Assembly: GCF_009914755.1 (NCBI RefSeq) | Contig: NC_060928.1 | Strand: one strand, 5' to 3' | DNA: 64,000 nt | Origin: the human T2T-CHM13v2.0 reference genome, Homo sapiens | Part shown: one piece after another, positions 53,705 to 64,000 of the stretch | Numbering within the stretch: position 1 is the first letter of the stretch | How the letters are laid out: every line of letters begins with the position of its first letter | Translations under genes and position numbers: made by a program | The notes under the pieces: generated by a model | Seen by the model: the letters and a program-made list of their open reading frames with translations, nothing else | Told to the model about the DNA's origin: nothing | Database searches by the model: none

Positions 53705-55144
53705 CAGAACAGAGGCCTCAGATGTAACACCACATATCTACAACAATCTGATCTTTGACAAACCTGACAAAAACAATCAATGGGGAAACGATTCCCTATT
53801 TAATCAATGGGGTTAGTAGAACTGGCTAGCCATATGTAGAAAACTGAAACTGGACCCCTTCCTTAAACCTTATACAAAAATTAACTCAAGATGGATTAAA
53901 GACTTAAACGTAAAGCCTAAAACCCTAAAAACCCTAAAGGAAAACCTAGGCAATGCCATTCAGGACATAGGCATGGGCAAAGGCTTCATGACTAAAACAC
54001 CAAAAGCAATGAGAGCACAAGACAAAATTGACAAATGCGATCTAATTAAACTAAGGAGCTTCTGCACAGCAAGAGAAACTATCATCAGAGTGAACAGGCA
54101 ACCTACAGAATGGGAGAAAATATTTGCAATGTATCCATCTGACAGAGGTCTAATATCCCGGATCTACGAGGAACTTAAACAAATTTAAAAGAAAAAAACA
54201 ACCCCATCAAAAAGGCAAAGGATATGAATAGACACTTCTCAAAAGAAGAATTAATGTGGCCAACAAACATAGGAAAAAAAGCTCATCATCACTGGTCATT
54301 AGAGAAATGCAAATCAAAATCACAATGAGATACTATCTCACACCAGTTATAATGGCGATGATTAAAAAGTCAGGAAACAACAGATGTGAGAGAGGATGTG
54401 GAGAAATAGGAATGCTTTTACACTGCTGGTGGGAGTGTAAATTAGTTCAACCATTATGGAAGATAGTGTGGCAATTCCTTAAGGATCTAGAACCAGAAAT
54501 ACCATTTGACCCAGCAATCTCATTACTGGGTATATACCTAAAGGATTATAAATCATTCTACTATAAAGACACATGCACGCATATGTTTATTGCAGCACTA
54601 TTCACAATAGCAAAGACTTGGAACCAACCCAAATGTCCATCAATGATAGACTGGATAAAGAAAATGTGGCACAAGTACACCATGGAATACTATGCAGCCT
54701 TAAAAAAGATGAATTCATGTCCTTTGCAGGGTCATTGATGAAGCTGGAAACCATCATCCTCAGCAAACTAATACAGGAACAGAAAAGCAGAGACCGCATG
54801 TTCTTACTCATAAGTGGGAGTTGAACAATGAGAACACAGAACGCATAGAAACAGGGAGGTGAATATCCCACACTGGGGCCTGTTGCGGGCTGGGGGGCAA
54901 GGAGAGGGATAGCATTAAGACAAATACATAATGTAGATGATGTTGATGGGTGCAGCAAGCCACCATGGCACATGTATACCTATGTAACAAACCTGCATGT
55001 CCTGCACATGTATCCTAGAAATTAAAGTATATTAAAAAAACTTCATCAATCTAGAATTATAAATCTAGCAAAATTATTCTTCAAACGTGAGAGAGAATCA
55101 AAGCCTTTTGCAAACAAACAAACAAACAAACAAACAAACAAAAA
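53705..55144 (+). mobile_element. 5'-truncated L1PA7/8-like element carrying a 3' transduction
   Basis: ORF2 peptides (53973..54188, 54256..54738); 3' UTR to the A-tail at 55034-55040; TSD agaacctatgga at 53693-53704 and 55145-55156. Confidence 0.94.
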
Positions 55145-56269
55145 AGAACCTATGGAAAAACAGAATGGGTTTATTTTCTGCCCGTTTTGAATCAATTTCA
55201 GGGGTATTTTCCAGTTATAATTTTCAGTCTATGACAGGGCATGCTGAATATCTCTATTTTTAAACATTAAAATGTTGTTTTTGCCTATTCCTTCAGACTT
55301 CATTTTCCTGTAATTTGCTTTCATTTTAACCTCTGCCTGGAGAAAATTTGAAATAAATGCCAATAATGTGTATCTGTCCCTACATGACATTCAGGTTGCA
55401 GTGTCAAAATGATCCTGTTTATCATAAATAATGGTATTTGCCAAGCACAGAAAAATTATTAGGTGTTTGTGAGAGATCTGTGGGGCCAGGTTTCTCCTAG
55501 AGTTCTAAGTTATGCTTTTTCTAATTTCCCGTATCTCAGGGTTTTTCAACTGTGTCAAGTTCCAGATTATTTCATTCAGTTGCTTTTATTTATAGTCTCC
55601 AGGTGGAACAATCTCCACTGAAAAAGTCCTTTTTTCCCTCTATGATTTCTCTGGCCAGTTCTGTAGCATGATTTGCTACATAAGAAGCTGCTATAAGATG
55701 CAGGAAGTATTCAGCAAACTCCAACAGTGTGAAATTGTCCTAAGTTTCCTAGTGTTGTAGCCTAAGGTAGGACATGAAGAAATATTCCAAGATATATTTC
55801 TTCATACTGTATAAGGGCAGAAAAATGGATTACTGATTCCTATGCTTAGTAAGTTCATCACTGTTTCCACCACAGAGGAAGGAGATAGCGTGGCAGCATA
55901 TCATTTCAACTTCAATAAGCTCCAGTCAAACATTCCCGCGGTGCAAGCACGTAAATATAATAACTGTTGTAAAATCATTTTTTAAAACACTCATATGATG
56001 GTCTCTATAGGTCTACATCCCCTGGCATGAGTCAAGACAAAAAATTCAGAAGTTTCTTTCCCCCACTTGCAGGAATACAGTTAACATAGGTTGGGGAAGA
56101 AAAGAAGAGAGAGAAGATTTATGTGGGCGAAGAAGTAGTAGACTAGGAAACCATGAGCTTATGCCAGAGCAGAAACAGATTGGCAAGCAACATTTGAAAG
56201 ATACTGTGGAAAGTGAATAAGTGCTGAGTGGACTCGCTTGTCACTTACTGATGAGAATCTTTGTATTTG

Positions 56270-56693
56270 AGACTGCTGGCATTCATCAAATTGGGGTAAT
56301 CTTCTTCTTGGATGCACAACTTGACTGCATTTCACAGGCTCCCTTGAAGTTAGATTTGATCGTGTTCCTCAGATCTAGCCAATGAAAGGTAAGAGGAAGT
56401 GGTCTAACACTCTCTTCACTCTCTCCAAATAAATAACCTCCCGAAATAAGTCCTCTATGTTTCCTTCACCCTGACTGCTAAATGGATAGAGAAAACCATG
56501 CTAACCTGGAAAGTTGTATGTGCAATATCACAGAATGTTCTTCATCTTGGGTCTCTGAATATGTCAGGGTGACCACTTGAATCACCTGAATTCTGTCCAA
56601 GATTCTTAAGTAAGCAAAACCCTACACTAATTCATATCTAAATCACTATATAGCTTGACTGTTACGTGGTAGGCAGTTATAAAACTGATATCA
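56270..56693 (+). mobile_element. Old MLT1 LTR (MLT1I/J-like)
   Basis: cttcttcttggatgcacaacttgactgcatttcacaggctcccttgaagttag...tctagccaatgaaaggtaagaggaagtg...cttgggtctctgaat. Confidence 0.65.
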
Positions 56694-57835
56694 CAGATTG
56701 GAAAGGATTCCTGTGTCACACATTGACTAAAAACACTTAAAACACTTGATGAAATCATTACTTCAGTAAACCAGGGGGCAAAGAGCCTACCATTACTTTA
56801 GTCCTAGGGAAAGAGATCCAATAGAGCCTACATAGAATTTCAGTATTGCTGCCTTTAGTTAAGATGTTAATTAAAAACAGAGAATTTCAGTACTGCTGCC
56901 TTTAGTAAGATTTTAATTTAAAAAAAAATAACTAAAATAAGGGCTTTCTCTTCGAGAGAAGAGATCTAAGGTGATAAGAGTCAAGGTATGAAAAGCTTAC
57001 AGATAAGGAGAAGTCAACTCTTATTGGGCACCAAACTATAGAATACAAGATTTTCTACCTAATTGTATTGTTTTATGTCACCTCAAATTTGAATGGACTC
57101 ATATTACAATAAGAGAGGCATAAAGACAAAGAAATAAGAATAAAAATCAGTCTAAGAAATTTTTCCTGGAAATAAATTTTGTGAAAATTACTGGATTAAG
57201 GAACTGAATGAAAGCAAAAAGGATCAGTAATCTACTGAGTTGTCTTAGAAGGAAATTGATTACTTTATCAAAAAAATAATAAAAACTGTGACTGTGGAAA
57301 CCTGGGCTGTACAACCTGGTACAGAGTATACTCCCTTGACCACTTCAAGTGTGGTCACATGAGTAATTGTCAAGGTAGGAGCCCAGGGAGAAAGAGTCTG
57401 AGCATGATATTAGATCCTAGGCACAATCTTGTCTTAGGAAAAAAGCCCTATTTCTCATAGTATGTTAGAGGAATGAAGTAGTAGCAAACAAGGTTTAAGA
57501 TCAATCTACAAGGTAGTAAATCAATATAAACTCTTAATACTATGGAGTAAACTAGCATAGAAGTAGCCAAGCACATCCTCATGAATTAATTACTGTCAAA
57601 TTCCCAGTGTAAAATCTTCATGAGAGCTTGGATAATATTCCTTCTTGCCCCCTCTGCCTTGGTGCCAACATAAACAAAGACTAGAGAAAACTGCGAGAAG
57701 TTGGTTACTCTATGGATGAAGAAATAAATAAATGATTAAAGAAATTTCTAGGGCATACTAAACTATGCCTATATGTTTAAGATTAGCATAGGTTAGATTT
57801 GTCTTGGTCCCTATGATGAAGAAGAAATTATAACA

Positions 57836-57975
57836 TCTGAGATATCCAGTATGGTAGACACGAGCCACATGTGGCTATTGAACACTTAAAATGTGGCTAA
57901 TGAAGCTGATGAATTGATTTCTAGATTTAATTTATTTAATCAAAAAGTAAATTTAAATAGCCATGTATGGGTATT
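57836..57975. mobile_element. MER3/MER33-like hAT transposon
   Basis: tatccagtatggtagacacgagccacatgtggctattgaacacttaaaatgtggcta...aatttaaatagccatgtatgg. Confidence 0.75.
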
Positions 57976-58447
57976 TGAGTTAGGCTACTCATACTTCTGG
58001 AACAGGAGATGATCATAGAGCTATTTAAATCAAATACCGTCTTACCAGGATCCAAATAACTTTCTTTTCTTTCCATTAATATCTGTTAATTTATTTACTA
58101 AAACTATATTGAATCATTTTTTTCTTTCTATATAGGATACTAGCTAGCTGTTTTGAGAGATGCAAAGGCTCTTCTGAAGCCTAATGGAAGTGGAGATAAC
58201 TGGATATTAGTTTGCTTTATATTCAGAGAATACAATCAGGGTTTCAGGACATAAGTTTGGCCTATGTATTTACAATCAAAACTTTTAAAAATTTCCCCCC
58301 AGCCTCTTCTCTATGCATGGCTTCCAGTTATTCTGCCAATTCCTCCATATATTGTAGGTGAATCTCATTATTCTCCCTGAAAATCGTTTCCTCCACTGTA
58401 CCCAACCTATAGCCGCTTCCTCCTCCTCCTTCCTCCTTTTTCTTCTA

Positions 58448-58770
<323 letters not shown>

Positions 58771-61524
58771 CCCCTTTATTTCCCATTTTAAAAACAGTTG
58801 AAAATCATCTTCTCTTTTCAATTTCTATCACTCTTCCAATTAAGGCAGAATTTAGAAAAATCAGTGATTTCCTTTACTTTCTAATTGCATAACTTTTATA
58901 CATAACTGTTATAGTATTTATCATCATTTATCATGGACTTCTATTTAATCATGAATGACTTTGCTCTCTGAAATTCTTGAGATCTGCTAAACTTGAGACT
59001 GAGATATTGGGTTTACATTTTACTCGAGTACATTATTCTGATAATAACATCTTTATTTTGCTATCCCTGTAGCAACACTAGAATTCCTTTTTACAACCAT
59101 TTTCCTTTGGGACTTCGGGGTACAATGGAGAATACACTGTTCAAGAAAATTTAGCATAATTAATTGAATCCTGGAGTCTGCCATCCTTCTCAGAGGCGAA
59201 GCTTTGCTTTATCTCAACCTTGACTCACAGTAGGAAATATAATGTATGAACACTTGTAAATGATCTTTGCCTATACTAAAATATTCACTCAATTCTACAG
59301 TTTCCATCTAGCCAGTAAGCCACTGTATCTTTATCATTGTATCAGTACAATCCATAATGAGCAACTGGAGTCACACACAACAAAGTTTGTCTTTCGTGGA
59401 GTCCCTGGAATCATATTACCATTCTATTATCTACCAAATCACAGGCTTATGCTATAAAATTCAGGAGGCCCATGGGAGTTGTGCCTTCCAGCAAGCCAGT
59501 ATAAAATGTGTTTCCTTCCAAATCTTCCTGTCTGGCATTCACCCATCAGAAACCATAAATTATCAAGCTCTTCTAGGGTAGCAAGGAAAAATCATGAATA
59601 CTTTTCAACTTTCTGTTATCTACAACCTAATCCTAGAAGACTTAACCAATCCCAAGCAAAAATTTCAAATGCCTTTAGATACCCTCTTTCAAATTCCAGG
59701 CATCTCTACCATAAATGAAATAATAATATATTGGACTTGTCTGTCTTGGGGTGAATATAAACATTTGAATAAATGGAAAAAGATGAAATATCCAAGTTAA
59801 TTATTTTCTGCCTTCAGCTTAGGTCTCTTTAAACGTGTGCAATCATAAGAATCTTTAACCCTTGCTTCTTCCCAAGAATTTCACACAATGTCTGAGGAAG
59901 GGTTTATGGTGGAGATTCATGAAGTTTTCATCCTCCTCATACTCCTTTCTGATTAGTGAGAATAACAAGTTGTGGCCTGTATATTGTTTGGATCATGATA
60001 TCAGGAGACAACTTACTAATTCACCAGTTTGGCTTTGTTGCACAGATTTAACAATATGAAGCTTTATTAGGTCAGGAAATAGTGTAAGTCCTGAGTCCTC
60101 TTTACTTCTATTTTATTTAGTAAGTACTTGCCAAGTGGTTCAGTAGTCCAATTCTATGACAATCAACTTGTTAATCTCTATTAGTTCCTCAATGAGTCCC
60201 ATTACTATCAAGTCCAAGTTCATTTAGATCCTTACAAGTGTCAACCTCAAAAGAAATTTTCTAAATATTGATCAAATAATGAAGAATATAGCTCCTCATA
60301 TTTATTACCCATTTTTATTCAGCAGACAAAACTATTTGCTATATGATCCTTGGCTAAAGAATTGAGCTGTTCTGCAGAAAAAGGGCTTTTCTCTATGTAT
60401 TGTCTTTCCAACTGGTTGATTGTTAGCTAAAATGAGTAGGCAGTAAATCTAGTGAAGAATAATATTGAGTTAGGGTTGATTATTTTAAAATATTTTTTCA
60501 ACCCCTTTTCAATTCCACAGGTCCCATCTAGACACTCCATCTTTCTAGAACTTTTAAGGAGCTACTGTAGTCAAGCACAAGAAACTCTGTGTTTCCTGGG
60601 ATCTCTTGAGTCCTATTGACATTCTATTACATACAAAATCACTGACTTTTTTCACCAATATTACATTGTCTCTTGTTTGCTACCAGCTAACACTATACCT
60701 GAATTACCTTTTAGTTTTTCTTTCACCTTTTTTGCATCTTATCAATTGCAAGGTAGTTAACTCTGAAAATGGGATACGTGTTTGCATTTTTCTTAATTTT
60801 ATGTTGTGGTCTTAGTCTTAAATGCTTAATAATACCCAACCCTGCAATAGGGAGGGTTTGCAGCAACGTAATTTAGGTAAATTTGATTTGGGCAGTGGAT
60901 AGAGTCCAGAGTGGAAAATGAAAGGGGTGAACAGTGAATCACATTATTTTGGTAATCATCGTTTGAATTAATCTTTTAAAAATATATACCTTTAACCCAC
61001 CTGCATTTGAGTCACTGGCATGCCCAAACCCTACTGAATATTCAAACTGCAGTTTCCAAATCTGCATTTTTGTCAAGACCAAACTGTCCAAACTCTCAAG
61101 ACTTTGAAGCACAAAGCAAGCTAATAACACCTGTCCCAGACTTAAGTGGAGAAATTTACATGGCAAGATTACAGTTTAAGTTAAGAATTTTAAAAAAGTA
61201 ACATCAGTTGATCCTTTCATGAAACATACCAGCTCGGGGATGAACAGAACCAAATTTGTGTGTAATAGTTTTCATTTAATTTTTTATGTTCCAAATTAGA
61301 GAAAAAAGTGATGATGAAACACAGGAGATAATGTGAAAGGCTCTATTTAGAAATTATCTTTGTGCTTATGTTGCTTATAAATTCTTGCTGTCTATAAATA
61401 TGCAGCTTTAAGCATTCATTCATTTCGTATTATATCATACCATAGCAGCATAAATTATTCTGTCCTAACGTAAGTGGGTAAATCTTAAATTTGAAGTTGA
61501 TTTCTTATCCCAGAAGTAGTCATT

Positions 61525-61750
61525 CCTTCATTTCTTTCAATCAATATTTTTATTATCTACTATAAATTAAATAATTTAGATTTTGAAGAGTTAGTTGTGA
61601 CCAAATCAGACAAAACTCTTTGTCTTTATAGAGCTTAGAATCTTGTTTGATAAGGCAGGCAATAATTATATACATAAATAAAGCATAATATGTGCTAAAG
61701 ATAATGAGTGCTTTAAAGAAAGATAATTTAGGGAAAGGAAAAACAGGAGA
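61525..61750 (-). mobile_element. L2 3' fragment
   Basis: cattccttcatttctttcaatcaatattttt...cagacaaaactctttgtctttatagagcttagaatctt. Confidence 0.55.
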
Positions 61751-62234
61751 TTCATCATTCGTCATCATACCATAGCCCAAAAAGTGAAACAAGGCTCTCA
61801 TGTTAATGATAGAAATTTTTTAGAAGTATGGAAAAATAATGTTCATGAAATAGACCCTGAGAAAGAAGAATAAATAACATGTCCTAGCTTTTTAGCCTGG
61901 TAGATACACATTTGTCTATTAGGGGATCTTGGCAGTAGTAGAAAAAGAGGAATGGAAAGTTTACAGACTCTTCTCTCCATTATCGTTGTTTCTTAACTCT
62001 CTTATCACTACATTTGCTCCCATTTAACATTTTCTTCTGTTTCTTTAAATTTTGAATTTTTATGGATGCATAGTAAGTGTATATATTTATGGAGAACGTG
62101 AGATATTTTGATACAGACATACAATGTGTAGTAATCATGTCAGGGAAAATAGGTGCCTGTCACTTTAAGCATGTATCATTTTTTGATGTTACAAACATTC
62201 CAATCACACTATTTTAGTTACTTTTAAACGTACA

Positions 62235-62520
62235 GGCCAAGTGCAGTGGCTCATGCCTGTAATTCCAACACTTAGGAAGGCTGAGGTGGGTGGATCAGTT
62301 GCACCCAGGAATTAGAGACCAGCCTGGGCAACATGGCAAAACCCCATTTTAACAAAAAATTAGCCAGGCATGCTGGCATGCACCTGCAGTCCCAGCTACC
62401 TGGGAGTCTGAGGTAGGGGATTACTTGAGCCCAGAAGGTTGCAGCTGCAGTGAGCGGTGATGGTGCCTCTGTACTCCAGCCTGGGCAACAGAACAAGACC
62501 CTGTTTCGAACATAAAGTAA
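62235..62520 (+). mobile_element. Alu (AluJ-like) nested in L1MA, very short tail
   Basis: Dimeric Alu; TSD aaa(c/t)gtaca. Confidence 0.93.
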
Positions 62521-62718
62521 AATGTACAACAAATCATTGTTGATTATAGTCACCTGGTTGTTCTATCAAATAGTATATTTTATTCATTCCACTTAACTAC
62601 ATTTTTGTACTCATTAACCATCCCCACCTTCTGTCCCCTCCCCACTACCCTTCCCAGCCCTGGTAACTATCAATCAATGCCCTGTCTCCAGGCATTCAAT
62701 TATTTTAATTTTGCTCCC

Positions 62719-63037
62719 GGTAGGGTGTGGTAGCTCACACCTGTAATCCTAGCACTTTAGGAGGTTGACGCAGGTGGATTGCCAGAGCTCAGGAGTTTGA
62801 AATCAGTGTAGCCAACATGGTGAAACCCAATCTCTACTAAAAATACAAAAAAAAAAAAAAAAAAAAAGCCAGGCATGGTGGTGCACACCTGTAGTCCCAG
62901 CTACTCAGGAGGCTGAGGCATGAGAATCCCTTGAACCCAGGAGATGGAGGTTGAAATGAGCCAAGAATACACCACTGCACTCCAGTCTGGGTGACAGAGT
63001 GAGACTCTGTCTCAAAATAAATAAATAAATAAATAAA
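62719..63037 (+). mobile_element. Alu nested in L1MA, with expanded central A-linker and (AAAT)n tail
   Basis: Dimeric Alu; ttgctcc repeated on both flanks. Confidence 0.93.
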
Positions 63038-64000
63038 TTGCTCCTACAAATTAGAGAGAACATGTGAAGTTTTGTCTCTGTCTCTGTCTTTCTGTGCCTG
63101 GCTTACTTCACTTAACATAATGTCCTGTAGTTCCATCCGTGTTGCAAATGACAAGATCACATTTTTTCTATGGCTGAATAATACTTCATTATGTGTAAGT
63201 ATCACATTGTCTTTATCCATTCATCTGTTAGTGAATACTTCGGGTGCTTTCAAATCTTGGCTCTGGGGAATAGTGCTGCAATAAACATGGGAGTGCAGAC
63301 ATTTCTTCTTTATACTGATATTTCTTTTGGGTATATACCCAGCAGTGGGATTGCTGTAGTAGTGATATTTTGAGTGCTTTACGGAACCTCCGTACTGTTC
63401 TCCATAGTGACTGTACAAATTTACATTCTCAAAAGCAGTGTACCAGGGTTCCCTTTTCTCTACATTCTCATCAGCATTTGTTACTGCCTGTCTTTTGGAT
63501 AAAAGCCATTTCAACTGGCATTAGGCTATATCTGATTATAGATTTTATTTGCATTTCTTTGATGTTCAATGATGTTGAGCACCTTTTCATATACCTATTT
63601 GCCATTTATGTGCCTTCTTTTCAGAAATACATGTTTAGATCTTTTGCAAATTTCAAAATTATTAGATTTTTTATAGAGTTGTTTAAGCTTCTTATGTATT
63701 CTGGTTATTAATCCCATATCAGATGAATTGTTTGTAATTATTTTATGTCATTCTGTGGGTTGTCTTGTCACTTTGTTTTTTATTTCTGCTGCTCTGCAGA
63801 AGCTTTTTAACTTGATGTGATCTCATTTGCCTATTTTTACTTTGGTTGCCTTTCTTGGTATTACTCAATAAATTTTTGCCCAGACCAATGTCCCGGACAG
63901 TTTCTCCAATATTTTCTTTTAAGTAGTTTCATAGCTTTAGGTCTTACATTTAATTCTTTAATTCATTAAAGACATAATGGATTAATAAAAACATTTTCTT

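Larger units (their letters stand above)
62041..64000 (-). mobile_element. L1MA (L1MA2/3-like), antisense, interrupted by two Alus; runs off the window
   Basis: 3' UTR (tatatttatggagaacgtgagatattttgatacag; ctatcaaatagtata) and ORF2 end (ORF 63221..63514). Confidence 0.88.

Noticed and set aside
53705-53730. 5' truncation point lies within about 25 nt of consensus position of the inversion breakpoint of the 4.2 kb L1
   Set aside because: Only two events, and local target microhomology explains this junction; not enough to claim a hotspot.
54256-54738. Longest ORF (160 aa) with a Cys-rich motif
   Set aside because: C-terminal fragment of L1 ORF2p in a 5'-truncated, frameshifted copy; same for the ORFs at 4.7-5.3 kb and 39.4-40.8 kb.
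59260-60060. Cluster of short plus-strand ORFs, possibly retroviral internal sequence
   Set aside because: No gag/pol/env or cellular motif recognisable; cannot be assigned without a search.

Overview
AT-rich, CpG-poor primate genomic DNA (Alu and L1PA elements present), intergenic or deep-intronic. I find no intact protein-coding gene, RNA gene, CpG island or CRISPR array; the supplied ORFs are L1 ORF2 fragments, Alu/microsatellite artefacts or chance ORFs. The one exception is 26006..26329(-), which belongs to an old intronless CDT1-derived processed pseudogene fragment (~26043-26510). Most of the window is interspersed repeats: four TSD-bounded L1PA6-8-type insertions, several L1MA/L1MB/L1M elements (one nearly full-length, ~36.4-44.5 kb), Alu/FLAM, MLT1 and other LTRs, Tigger3b, MER20, MER5, MER3, L2, MIR and microsatellites. 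The most notable pattern read directly from the sequence: three of the four L1PA insertions carry apparent 3' transductions (extra DNA plus a second A-tail inside the target-site duplication), and one of these also has a twin-priming 5' inversion. There are also several young micro-duplications, including a complex one inside MER20. I see no evidence for a novel biological system. Repeat subfamily names and CDT1 exon boundaries come from remembered consensus sequences and need confirming with RepeatMasker/BLAST.
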